Assembly: GCA_025998875.1 (NCBI GenBank)
Contig: AP024675.1
Location: 821,589 to 885,588 of the forward strand
Reading direction: 5' to 3'
Origin: Bacteroidota bacterium
GTDB taxonomy: Bacteria > Bacteroidota > Rhodothermia > JANXDC01
DNA length: 64,000 nucleotides
In this document: in pieces, positions 27,448 to 36,732 of the stretch
Layout: the number at the start of each line of letters is the position of its first letter
Numbering within the stretch: the stretch's first letter is position 1
Notes under the pieces: generated by a model
What the model saw: only the letters and a program-made list of their open reading frames with translations
Database searches by the model: none
Told to the model about the DNA's origin: nothing
Translations under genes and position numbers: made by a program

Positions 27448-28604
27448 CCACCGCTTCTGCGCGTCCTCCGCTGCGCTTTGATCGGCGGGAATGGGCCGGT
27501 GCCTTCGGGGATATCGGAACGGATCTGCCCCTGCTGGTGGGCATGATCCTGGCATCGAACCTGAAGAGCGCCTGGGTGCTGATGGGCTTTGGGGCGCTGC
27601 AGATCCTGACCGGTCTGCTCTATCGACTCCCCATGCCCGTGCAGCCCCTTAAGGCCATGGCCGCATTGGTGATCGCGCAGAAGCTGCCCGCCTCCGTACT
27701 CTGGGGGGGTGGGCTGGCGATCGGCCTGCTCATGATATTGCTCGTGGCCACGGGGGCTCTGGAATACATCGGGAAACATGTCCCCCGAACGGTCATCCGG
27801 GGCATTCAGTTTGGCCTGGGCTTACAGCTTTCCCTGCTGGCCCTTCGAGAGTATATACCCTCCTTGGGCGGGTGGGGATATGGGATCGCCCTGCTCGGAT
27901 TCGGCCTGTGGCTCTTCTGGGGAGTGCGATCCCGCCTGCCCGCCGGCCTGTTGCTGGTGGGTCTGGGCCTGCTTGGTGCATGGGCGTTCCGGTTGCCCTG
28001 GGACTGGCCCGTTCGGTTTTTCGGACTCCCCTCGTGGGAGGCGCCCCGGATTACCTGGACGGACATCGGAACCGGCTTTCTCCTGCTGGCCCTACCGCAG
28101 CTACCCCTTTCCCTGGCCAACTCGCTTCTGGCCACGCGCCAGCTGGTGGAGGACTATTTCCCGGATCGCCGGCTTTCCCTGAGCCGACTGGGGTGGACCT
28201 ACGGGCTCATGAACCTCTTCTCCCCCTGGATCGGGGGCGTGCCCGTATGCCACGGCTCCGGGGGCATGGCCGGACATGTGGCCCTCGGTGCCCGCACCGG
28301 GGGCTCGGTCGTGATTTACGGATCCGTCCTTCTGCTGGGGGGACTGTTCTGGGGAGCAGGATTCGACCGGGTGGTAGCGGCCTTCCCCTTGCCCGTGCTG
28401 GGGGTGCTTTTGCTCATAGAAGGGTGGGCGCTTATGCGTCTGGTGGCCGACCGGGCAGAAAAACCCGGGGAATTCGCGCTGGCCCTGCTGGTCGGGCTCT
28501 GCTCGGCGGCCCTGCCTTACGGGTATCTCGTCGGGCTCCTGCTGGGCACCCTTCTCCACCATCTGGCCGGGGAGCGGCTTGAGCTACTTCGCGGGGGCGC
28601 ATAG
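27444..28604 (+). CDS. MOT1/sulfate-permease-like anion transporter family membrane protein (putative molybdate or sulfate transporter)
   Basis: Polytopic membrane protein with the FGDIGT signature near the N-terminus. ATGA start/stop overlap with miaA. Confidence 0.6.
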   Translation: MTTASARPPLRFDRREWAGAFGDIGTDLPLLVGMILASNLKSAWVLMGFGALQILTGLLYRLPMPVQPLKAMAALVIAQKLPASVLWGGGLAIGLLMILLVATGALEYIGKHVPRTVIRGIQFGLGLQLSLLALREYIPSLGGWGYGIALLGFGLWLFWGVRSRLPAGLLLVGLGLLGAWAFRLPWDWPVRFFGLPSWEAPRITWTDIGTGFLLLALPQLPLSLANSLLATRQLVEDYFPDRRLSLSRLGWTYGLMNLFSPWIGGVPVCHGSGGMAGHVALGARTGGSVVIYGSVLLLGGLFWGAGFDRVVAAFPLPVLGVLLLIEGWALMRLVADRAEKPGEFALALLVGLCSAALPYGYLVGLLLGTLLHHLAGERLELLRGGA

Positions 28605-29063
28605 ATAGCGCGCCTCTAGGTCGCGAAGGCGCTCGATCTGCTGGCGATTCCACTCGCTCTGCGCCTCTCCCTCATGCACGGGCGTGGAAAACCATGCCTC
28701 GAGGATCTCCTTGAGCACGGGGATGGAGACCAGACGCAGACTCAGCGCGAGCACATTGGCGTGATTCCAGATGCGCGCCCCACGGGCCGTATACGCATCG
28801 TGACAGAGGGCGGCCCGGATACCGGGCACCTTATTGGCCGCAATCGAAGCCCCTGTGCCCGTCCAACAGCATACGATCCCTTCATCGGCCTCACCACGGG
28901 CCACCGCCTCCGCGGCGCGACTGGCCGCAAGCGGCCAGTCCACATCCGGGTCCCCATCGGCCACGGCGCCGAAAAGTACTAGTTCATGTCCACGCAAGCG
29001 CAGCTCTTCGAGCAACACCCGGGTGAGCTCATTGGCCTCGTCGCTACCGACCGCGATGCGCAT
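28584..29063 (-). CDS. rpiB: ribose-5-phosphate isomerase B
   Basis: MRIAVGSDEA…GIVCCWTGTGASIAANKVPGIRAALCHD matches RpiB/LacAB-family motifs. Confidence 0.9.
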   Translation of the reverse strand: MRIAVGSDEANELTRVLLEELRLRGHELVLFGAVADGDPDVDWPLAASRAAEAVARGEADEGIVCCWTGTGASIAANKVPGIRAALCHDAYTARGARIWNHANVLALSLRLVSIPVLKEILEAWFSTPVHEGEAQSEWNRQQIERLRDLEARYLCAPAK

Positions 29064-29132
29064 AGGAGCCTCCGGTTTGGTTCCCGTTTACACCGTCGTG
29101 TAAATTACGGCGTGCTCGCCCGTGTCGTAAAC

Positions 29133-30221
29133 ATGCGAAAGTGGGGAATATCGGTTATCGTTTTCCTGCTGGGCACCCACCCGCTTCTTGCGCAGGTCGA
29201 TACCACCGAGGTGGATCTAAACCACCTGCCCGCCCCTCGCCTCTTCCAGATCGCCTGCGCGCAGTGTCATGGCCCCGATGGACGTGGCTATCCGGATGGA
29301 GCATGGCGGGAGCTAACGGCCCTGCGTGTGCCCCCTCCGGACTTTACCGATCCGCTTTTTAGCTCCCTAGAGCCGCTGGCCGACTGGATTGGGGTGATCC
29401 GGGAGGGGGGCAAACCCTACGGGCTTTCGATCCAGATGCCCGCCTTCGGGGAGGCCCTTTCTGAGGAAAAAATCCGCGAGCTGGCCGAATATCTCAAAAG
29501 CCTGGGGGCAGATCCCCGCTATCCCCCCGGAGAGTTGGCCTATCCTCGACTGCTTAACGCGACCAAGCCCTTCCCGGAAAGCGAGGCGCTGTGGATCGTC
29601 TGGCAGGAAAACCGCCCGCATCGGCCGACGATCCGTAAGGCCACCCTGTACTGGGCGCAGCGATGGGGGCCGCGTCGGCAATGGGAGCTCAAGCTCACCC
29701 CCGAATGGTCAGCCTCCAGCTATGAGGCCCTGGAGGTCGAGGTGGGCTTCAAGCAGGCGTTGGCCCACAGCCTGTCGGCGCAATGGCTGCTTTCGGCCGG
29801 ACTGGAGGCGGCCTTTTACCTAAAAGGAAATGAACCCTGGAGCCTTCAGCCCTACCTAACCGGGATAAAGGGCCTGGGCGAACGGGCTGCCCTGCACGCA
29901 AGCCTGCGCCTGCTCTACGAACCCACCTCCGAAGAGCCCGCCCTGCTACGGTGGGTTCTGGGGGGACAGCTGCTCATGGCCAATCGCGCTCGCCTGCTGG
30001 CCCCCGCCATCGAATGGGTGGGCGAACGAGCCCTCGCATCCGGAGCCCCGCTCCACCATCGCCTCGTTCCCCAGCTCTTCCTTACCCCACCCCGGCGGGG
30101 ACATGTGGCCCTTGCGCTGGGAGTCGAATTTCCTCTGCACCGGCAGGCGTCGTACCGCTACCGCCTGCGCGGCTTTCTGCTCTGGGAATTCCTGGAGGGT
30201 CCGTTCTGGGAAGGTTGGTAG
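29133..30221 (+). CDS. secreted mono-haem c-type cytochrome domain fused to an uncharacterised ~300-aa domain
   Basis: Signal peptide MRKWGISVIVFLLGTHPLLAQ. Single CAQCHG haem-binding site with downstream Met (…LSIQMPAF). The rest is unrecognised. ATG at 29133. Confidence 0.6.
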   Translation: MRKWGISVIVFLLGTHPLLAQVDTTEVDLNHLPAPRLFQIACAQCHGPDGRGYPDGAWRELTALRVPPPDFTDPLFSSLEPLADWIGVIREGGKPYGLSIQMPAFGEALSEEKIRELAEYLKSLGADPRYPPGELAYPRLLNATKPFPESEALWIVWQENRPHRPTIRKATLYWAQRWGPRRQWELKLTPEWSASSYEALEVEVGFKQALAHSLSAQWLLSAGLEAAFYLKGNEPWSLQPYLTGIKGLGERAALHASLRLLYEPTSEEPALLRWVLGGQLLMANRARLLAPAIEWVGERALASGAPLHHRLVPQLFLTPPRRGHVALALGVEFPLHRQASYRYRLRGFLLWEFLEGPFWEGW

Positions 30222-30256
30222 CTCTGGGGAGTAATTCAAAACCGGAGGCATCTACT

Positions 30257-31306
30257 ATGCGCGGCCTGATCAGCGTCCTGCTTCTGAGCCTCAGCAGTAG
30301 CGTTCTCCTGGCGCAGCCTCGATACTTCGACTGGAAAGAGGTCGCCCCCGGCGTATACGCGGCGATCGGCAAACCGGGTGTGCTCAGCAACGCCGCGGTT
30401 ATCCTGACAGAAGAAGGCGTGGTGGTCGTCGACACGCACCTGCGTCCCTCCTGGGCACAGGACCTGCTGGCCCATATCCGGCGCATCACGGACCGGCCTG
30501 TGCGGTTTGTCATCAATACGCACTGGCACAACGACCACACGCAGGGCAATCGGGCCTATCAAGCCGCTTTTCCCCGGGGAACCGTCTTCATCGCCCATCA
30601 CCGCACCCGTGAGGATCTACTCAGCAAAGGCATTCCCAATCTGGAACAAACCCGCCGCATGCTTCCGGAGCGGATCACCCGGCTGCGCCAGCAACTGGCC
30701 GAGGGGAAAAGGGAGGATGGAAGCCCTCTGGATGAGGCCGCGCGTCGAGCCCTGGAAGCTCAGCTTGCCGACAGCGAAGCCTATCTGCGCGAGCTGGAAC
30801 AGCTGGAGATCACACTTCCGGACCTGACCTTCGAACGCAGCTTGCGGCTATGGCTGGGGGATCGGCAGATCGACGTCCTCTATTTTGGAGAGGGCCACAC
30901 CCAGGGCGACGTCTTCGTCTACCTGCCCCAAGAACAAGTGCTCATCACCGGAGACATGCTCGTCGGAGGGCTTCCCTTTATGCGGGACGCCAGCCCGCTG
31001 GCCTGGGCCAGCACGCTGGAGCAGGTGGGCAGGCTTCCGATTCGCACCATCATCCCCGGCCACGGAGATGTACAGATCGGCACAGCCAGACTGGAACTCT
31101 ATGTGCGCTACCTGCGCGAGCTGGAACAGCTGGTTCGGGAGCAGATCCAGCGTGGAGCCTCGCTCCAGGAGGCCACCGAGGCCCTTCTGCAGGATCCCCG
31201 TCTGATGCGGTATGCCTCCGAATTCCCCAATTTCCGCAACGGACTTCTGGGGCCCAACGGCAACATCGCCAAAATGTACCAGGCCCTGCGCAGCCATGGC
31301 TCTTAA
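30257..31306 (+). CDS. metallo-beta-lactamase fold hydrolase (secreted)
   Basis: Signal peptide. INTHWHNDH (HxHxDH) and later His/Asp ligands (…GEGHTQGD…PGHGD). GGAGG SD before ATG 30257. Confidence 0.75.
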   Translation: MRGLISVLLLSLSSSVLLAQPRYFDWKEVAPGVYAAIGKPGVLSNAAVILTEEGVVVVDTHLRPSWAQDLLAHIRRITDRPVRFVINTHWHNDHTQGNRAYQAAFPRGTVFIAHHRTREDLLSKGIPNLEQTRRMLPERITRLRQQLAEGKREDGSPLDEAARRALEAQLADSEAYLRELEQLEITLPDLTFERSLRLWLGDRQIDVLYFGEGHTQGDVFVYLPQEQVLITGDMLVGGLPFMRDASPLAWASTLEQVGRLPIRTIIPGHGDVQIGTARLELYVRYLRELEQLVREQIQRGASLQEATEALLQDPRLMRYASEFPNFRNGLLGPNGNIAKMYQALRSHGS

Positions 31307-32048
31307 TCAGGACCGGGATGCCCACATTGTGTACGCTGAACCCGGCCATCCGGGCAAGAAGAGTTATGTGCGCTCCCTGTTTAACGGAATCGCGGCCCGG
31401 TACGATCTGCTCAACCGACTGCTGAGCCTGGGCCTGGATCAGCACTGGCGCCGACAGGCCGTCCGATGGCTGGCCCCGGAACAGCCCCGGCGCCTGCTCG
31501 ACATCGCCACGGGCACGGCCGATTTGGCCATCGCCGCCTCCCGGATCCGGACCGTGCAGGAGATCATTGGCGTCGACATCGCCGAATCCATGCTCCAGCG
31601 TGGTCTCCAGAAGGTGCGCCGCCTGGGCCTGGAGGATCGCATTCACCTACAGTGGGCAGATTCCGAATCCCTGCCCTTTCCGGACAGCTCCTTTGACGCC
31701 GTCATGGTCGCCTTCGGGGTGCGCAACTTCGAAAACCTCGGGGGGGCACTCGGAGAAATGCACCGGGTGCTTCGTCCGGGAGGCGTGGTCCTGGTGCTGG
31801 AATTCGCCCGCCCCCGGATGGCGGGGTTTCGGCCCCTTTTTGAGGCCTATTTCCGTCACCTTCTTCCCCGCCTGGGCAGGTGGATATCCGGGCACCCGGA
31901 GGCGTATCGCTATCTGCCTGAATCCGTCAGTCGGTTTCCGGAAGGGGAGGAATTCGTCGATCACCTACGCCGGGCGGGGTTTTCTCCCGTCACCTGGCGC
32001 CGTCTTACCTTTGGGGTATGCGCCCTGTACAAAGGATGGAGGAGATAA
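31296..32048 (+). CDS. ubiE: demethylmenaquinone/ubiquinone C-methyltransferase
   Basis: YDLLNRLLSLGLDQHWRR…LLDIATGTADLA…GGVVLVLEF are UbiE/MenG class I SAM-MTase motifs. Confidence 0.85.
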   Translation: MALNQDRDAHIVYAEPGHPGKKSYVRSLFNGIAARYDLLNRLLSLGLDQHWRRQAVRWLAPEQPRRLLDIATGTADLAIAASRIRTVQEIIGVDIAESMLQRGLQKVRRLGLEDRIHLQWADSESLPFPDSSFDAVMVAFGVRNFENLGGALGEMHRVLRPGGVVLVLEFARPRMAGFRPLFEAYFRHLLPRLGRWISGHPEAYRYLPESVSRFPEGEEFVDHLRRAGFSPVTWRRLTFGVCALYKGWRR

Positions 32049-32054
32049 GCAACC

Positions 32055-32672
32055 ATGCGCAGAAGACGATCCGGGATTTTGACACTCGGCTGTGGCATTT
32101 TGTTTATGGCCACTGCGACAAGGGCTCAGGATATCAGCGTCGGGCTCATCGGGGGGCTTACCTATACTTCCCCACAGGCCCTGCAGAACGGCTCCGCACG
32201 GGAAATCTACGAACGGCGCTCCGGATACCATTTCGGGCTATTTGTGGATCTCGGCCTCTCTGAACGCACCCACCTCCGACCGGCCGCCATCTGGTCGGTT
32301 AAGGAAATAGGCGTTCAGCCCGGGGGCGGGGGATTGAGTCTGGGAAGCGATTTCCAGCTCAATCATGTGGATGTTCCGCTGGATCTGCGCCTTGAGCTGG
32401 CCATACCTTTCATCGCTCCCTACGTGCTGCTTGGCCCCCAGGCCGCCATCCGTATCGACGCCAGAGACGAAGACGATCGCTCGCTGAAAGATCGCTTCCG
32501 CCTGCTCTCCTGGAGCGCCAACGTAGGTCTGGGTCTGCGCATGCACGTGCTGGGCCTGGTCCTATACCCGGAGCTACGCTACAATTTCGGGTTAGACAAA
32601 CTCAACGAACGCGGCCCGTGGGAAGACCTCAAGCTCAACATGGTGCAGCTGCGGCTTGGTCTGGCCTTGTAG
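32055..32672 (+). CDS. small outer-membrane beta-barrel protein (porin-like, PF13505-type)
   Basis: Signal peptide then alternating hydrophobic beta-strand pattern with a terminal aromatic/aliphatic strand. Confidence 0.55.
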   Translation: MRRRRSGILTLGCGILFMATATRAQDISVGLIGGLTYTSPQALQNGSAREIYERRSGYHFGLFVDLGLSERTHLRPAAIWSVKEIGVQPGGGGLSLGSDFQLNHVDVPLDLRLELAIPFIAPYVLLGPQAAIRIDARDEDDRSLKDRFRLLSWSANVGLGLRMHVLGLVLYPELRYNFGLDKLNERGPWEDLKLNMVQLRLGLAL

Positions 32673-32744
32673 GCGATACCGGCAAGCTCAACAAGTCCGA
32701 CCCAGGGCAAGAGCTCCATACCGGCTACGAGGGCATCGGCATCT

Positions 32745-33632
32745 ATGCACACTGCCCATACCCAAGTCCCACCTATACGCATTCGGGTAGCGCACAGCCC
32801 GGATGCCGACGATGCGTTTATGTTCTACGCGCTGGCCGCGGATCCGCCCCGGATCCCAACCGGCCCGTACCGCTTCGAGCACACGCTGGCGGATATCGAA
32901 ACGCTCAACCGGGCTGCGCTCGAGGGTCGCTACGAGATTTCCGCGCTCTCCATTCACGCCTATCCCTATGTGGCCGACCGGTATGCGCTCATGTCCTGCG
33001 GGGCCAGTATGGCCGAGGCGGACTATGGTCCTGTGGTTGTGGCGCGTCGTCCTTTTTCCCCGGAACAGCTGCGCAACCGACGTATCGCTGTGCCGGGCCT
33101 GTGGACCTCGGCCTATCTTGCCCTTCGGCTCTACTTACCCGAGTTTGAGCCCGTCGTGGTGCCTTTCGATCGGATCCTGGAGCTCGTCGCCCGGGGGGAG
33201 CTCGAGGCGGGCCTGCTTATCCATGAGGGCCAGTTGACCTACGCCCGATGGGGGCTTGCAGAGGTGGTCAATCTGGGTCGCTGGTGGTATGGCCAGACCG
33301 GACTGCCCCTGCCCCTGGGGGGCAACGTAATCCGCCGTGATCTGGGTCCGGAGCACATGCGCCGGCTTACTGCGCTCCTGCGCCAGAGCATCGCCTACGC
33401 GCTCACCCATCGCCAGGAAGCGCTTCCGTATGCGCTCCGATATGCCCGAGAACTGTCTTCTTCGCAGGAAGCGGACCGGTTCGTGAGCATGTACGTTAAC
33501 CGGCGCACCCTGGACTACGGCCCCGATGGTCGACAAGCCGTACAGCTGTTTCTGGACAGGGGATATGAGGCGGGATGGATCCCGAAAAGGGTGCAGGTGG
33601 AGTTCATCGATCCCGAAGAACCCGGCGAGTAG
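32745..33632 (+). CDS. menaquinone biosynthesis protein, MqnA/MqnD family (futalosine pathway)
   Basis: N-terminal IRVAHSPDADDAFMFYAL and overall periplasmic-binding-protein-like fold motifs shared by MqnA (chorismate dehydratase) and MqnD. I cannot tell which from sequence alone. The true start may be downstream of the listed ATG. Confidence 0.65.
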   Translation: MHTAHTQVPPIRIRVAHSPDADDAFMFYALAADPPRIPTGPYRFEHTLADIETLNRAALEGRYEISALSIHAYPYVADRYALMSCGASMAEADYGPVVVARRPFSPEQLRNRRIAVPGLWTSAYLALRLYLPEFEPVVVPFDRILELVARGELEAGLLIHEGQLTYARWGLAEVVNLGRWWYGQTGLPLPLGGNVIRRDLGPEHMRRLTALLRQSIAYALTHRQEALPYALRYARELSSSQEADRFVSMYVNRRTLDYGPDGRQAVQLFLDRGYEAGWIPKRVQVEFIDPEEPGE

Positions 33633-33655
33633 TGCAAAGCCAGGAGGCCAAGCCG

Positions 33656-34945
33656 ATGCGACACAGCCTGATGTGTACCCTTGCGTTTCTGAGCTCGATC
33701 GCCTGGGCACAGCCCCAGCCGGAACGCCTGGCCATTCGGGCGGGCAGGCTTTTCGACGCCGTAGACGGCCGTCTGCAGCGGGACATGGTCATCGTGGTAC
33801 GTGGCGATCGCATCGAGGCCGTCGTGCCGGCTTCCCAGATCCCGCGCGGAGTGCCCGTTGTGGACCTGAGCCCGTATACCGTACTGCCGGGGCTCATAGA
33901 CTGCCATGTGCACCTGAGCTCGGATAGCTCCTCGGTCATGGGCTATTTTCAGCCCCTGCAGGAGGTGCCGGCCTACGCCGCCTTGCGGGCCAGCGTGAAC
34001 GCGCGCAAGATGCTCGAGGCCGGCTTTACAGCCGGACGCAACGTGGGCGCGGCGGACTGGGTAGATGTGGCCTTGCGGGATGCCATCGATCGGGGCCTTG
34101 TGCCCGGTCCTCGGTTGCAGGTGGCCGCACACGCCATCGGCATTACGGGCGGGCACTGCGATGTAACAGGATTTCGGCCTGACCTTTTCGGCCGGGAACC
34201 GGGCATTGAGCAGGGCATTGCCAATGGCCCCGAGGAAGCGGTGGCGGCTGTGCGCTATCAGATCAAGTACGGCGCCGACGTCATCAAGATCTGCGCCACG
34301 GGCGGGGTGCTCTCCATTCGCGACCCCGTGGGAGCCCAACAGATGACCTACGAGGAAATCCGCGCTGTGGTCGAAGAGGCCGCTCGACATGGTAAACGCG
34401 TGGCCGCGCACGCGCACGGAACCGAGGGGATCAAGGCGGCCATCCGGGCCGGAGTGGCCTCCATCGAGCACGGGTCCATGCTCGATGAGGAGGCTCTTGC
34501 GCTCATGAAGGAGCACGGCACCTATCTGGTCCCCACCCGTCTGGCCGGGGAGACGGTCTACGAGAAGGCCCGGCGCGGACAACTGCCCCCGCAACCGGCG
34601 GCCAAAGCCCTGGAGATCGCCCCTCATATGCGGGAAAGCTTCCGCAAAGCCGTGCAGGCGGGGGTCAAGATCGCTTTCGGCACGGATTCCGGCGTCTCTC
34701 CCCACGGACAGAACGCGCGCGAATTCCGGCTCCTGGTTGAGGGGGGCATGCGGCCCGTAGACGCCCTGCTTTCGGCCACGCGGGAAGCGGCACGTCTGCT
34801 CGGATGGGAAGATCGTATCGGCACCATCGAACCCGGAAAGTACGCCGACCTCATCGCCGTACCTGGAGATCCCACCCAGGACATCACGGTCATGGAACGC
34901 GTGCTCTTTGTTATGAAGGGCGGGGTCATCTACAAACGCCCCTGA
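33656..34945 (+). CDS. amidohydrolase family protein (secreted; imidazolonepropionase/Xaa-Pro dipeptidase-like metal-dependent hydrolase)
   Basis: Signal peptide. PGLIDCHVHL (HxH metal site), further His residues in AHAHGTEG and FGTDSG. AGGAGG SD before ATG 33656. Confidence 0.8.
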   Translation: MRHSLMCTLAFLSSIAWAQPQPERLAIRAGRLFDAVDGRLQRDMVIVVRGDRIEAVVPASQIPRGVPVVDLSPYTVLPGLIDCHVHLSSDSSSVMGYFQPLQEVPAYAALRASVNARKMLEAGFTAGRNVGAADWVDVALRDAIDRGLVPGPRLQVAAHAIGITGGHCDVTGFRPDLFGREPGIEQGIANGPEEAVAAVRYQIKYGADVIKICATGGVLSIRDPVGAQQMTYEEIRAVVEEAARHGKRVAAHAHGTEGIKAAIRAGVASIEHGSMLDEEALALMKEHGTYLVPTRLAGETVYEKARRGQLPPQPAAKALEIAPHMRESFRKAVQAGVKIAFGTDSGVSPHGQNAREFRLLVEGGMRPVDALLSATREAARLLGWEDRIGTIEPGKYADLIAVPGDPTQDITVMERVLFVMKGGVIYKRP

Positions 34946-35043
34946 TCCATCGGCGCAGAGATCGGTAGCTCTTGGCCGGGCGACGTCGGGCTGGAAGCAG
35001 GTCACATCTTTGGCTTCCGGTTCGTACCTTTTCCTGATGGCAT

Positions 35044-36732
35044 ATGGAGGTAGAGCCCATGGGCATCTATAAAATCCCCCGTCCGCAGAACGAACCGGTT
35101 CGCTCCTATGCCCCGGGCAGTCCGGAGCGAGCCAGCCTGCGCAAACGCATCGAGGAAATGCGCGCAGAGGTGATCGAAATTCCCGTTATCGTGGGGGGAG
35201 AAGCAATCTACACGGGCGATATAGGAGAGGTAGTCTGTCCCCACGAGCACGGGCACGTGCTGGCCCGTTTCCACCAGGCCGGCCCCCGCGAAGTGGAAAT
35301 GGCCATCGAAGCGGCCCGAAAAGCCTGGCAAGATTGGTCTCGGTGGCCATGGGAGGATCGGGCGGCCATTTTTCTGAAGGCGGCCGAGCTGCTCGCCGGA
35401 CCCTGGCGGGATACGCTCAACGCGGCCACCATGCTCGGGCAGAGCAAAAACGTCTTCCAGGCCGAAATCGATTCGGCCTGCGAGCTCATCGACTTCTTCC
35501 GCTTCAACGCCTACTACATGCAGTTCATCTACGAACAGCAACCCGATTCGGCCCCGGGCGTGTGGAATCGGGTCGAATATCGGCCCCTAGAGGGCTTTGT
35601 GTTCGCCGTGACCCCGTTTAACTTCACCTCCATTGGAGGCAATCTGCCCACGGCGCCGGCGCTGATGGGGAACACCGTGCTCTGGAAACCCGCCTCCACG
35701 GCGCTGTATTCGAACTACTACGTCTATCGCCTGCTTGAGGCGGCGGGCCTGCCTCCGGGCGTGATCAACTTCCTACCCGGCAGCGGTGCCCGCATCGGAG
35801 CGCTCGTGATGGACCATCCGGATCTGGCCGGAATCCATTTTACGGGCTCCACGAGCACCTTCCAGCACATGTGGAAACGCGTGGGTCAGAACATCGAGCG
35901 CTACCGATCCTATCCGCGCCTGGTGGGTGAAACAGGGGGCAAGGACTTCATCGTCGTGCATGCGAGCGCGGATCTGGAAGCGGCGGCCACAGCCATCATA
36001 CGCGGAGGATATGAGTACCAGGGGCAGAAATGCTCCGCCGCCTCGCGCATCTATGTACCCGCCAGTCGGTGGCCTGAGCTTAAGGAATTGCTTCTGGGCC
36101 AGCTCAGCCAGATCCGCATGGGGCCCCCGGAGGATTTCCGCAACTTTTTCAATGCCGTCATCGACCGGGCCGCCTTCCAGAACATCACGGCCTATATCGA
36201 ATACGCCCGCCAGCGCAGCGACACGGAGATCCTCTACGGGGGCACCTATGACGACTCGGTGGGCTATTACATCGCCCCTACGCTGATCCAGACCACCGAT
36301 CCCGGATCCCGACTCCTGTGCGAAGAGATTTTCGGGCCCGTGGTGACGCTCTACGTCTATCCGGAGGCCCGATACGAGGAAACGCTCCACCTGGTGGATC
36401 GGACCAGCCCCTATGGGCTTACGGGTTCGATTTTCGCTCAAGATCGTCGAGCGATCCAGCTGGCTACCGAGATCCTGCGTCATGCGGCCGGGAATTTTTA
36501 CATCAACGACAAGCCTACAGGGGCTGTGGTCGGACAGCAACCCTTTGGCGGAAGCCGGGCCTCAGGGACTAACGACAAGGCGGGCAGTTACCTGAACCTG
36601 CTCCGGTGGGTTACACCGCGAGCCATCAAGGAAACTTTCCTGCCTCCGCGGCATTTCGCCTACCCGTTCATGCAGGAAGACCCCGCAGAGGTGGAAGCGT
36701 TCGAAAAGCCCACGGCGCGCCGTTCCGGCTAA
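35044..36732 (+). CDS. pruA: L-glutamate gamma-semialdehyde (1-pyrroline-5-carboxylate) dehydrogenase
   Basis: Aldehyde dehydrogenase superfamily with catalytic ETGGKDF (Glu) and GQKCSAASR (Cys). Length and collinearity fit P5CDH. ATG 35059 is an alternative start. Confidence 0.85.
   Translation: MEVEPMGIYKIPRPQNEPVRSYAPGSPERASLRKRIEEMRAEVIEIPVIVGGEAIYTGDIGEVVCPHEHGHVLARFHQAGPREVEMAIEAARKAWQDWSRWPWEDRAAIFLKAAELLAGPWRDTLNAATMLGQSKNVFQAEIDSACELIDFFRFNAYYMQFIYEQQPDSAPGVWNRVEYRPLEGFVFAVTPFNFTSIGGNLPTAPALMGNTVLWKPASTALYSNYYVYRLLEAAGLPPGVINFLPGSGARIGALVMDHPDLAGIHFTGSTSTFQHMWKRVGQNIERYRSYPRLVGETGGKDFIVVHASADLEAAATAIIRGGYEYQGQKCSAASRIYVPASRWPELKELLLGQLSQIRMGPPEDFRNFFNAVIDRAAFQNITAYIEYARQRSDTEILYGGTYDDSVGYYIAPTLIQTTDPGSRLLCEEIFGPVVTLYVYPEARYEETLHLVDRTSPYGLTGSIFAQDRRAIQLATEILRHAAGNFYINDKPTGAVVGQQPFGGSRASGTNDKAGSYLNLLRWVTPRAIKETFLPPRHFAYPFMQEDPAEVEAFEKPTARRSG

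Noticed and set aside
29078-29135. Apparent palindrome/direct repeat GTTTACAC-CGTC-GTGTTAAA and a CGTGTCGTAAAC copy in the rpiB / cytochrome-c divergent promoter region
   Set aside because: On exact base-by-base check the arms are not complementary (GTTTACAC vs reverse complement TTTAACAC), and the second copy differs at several positions. Too degenerate to call an operator.
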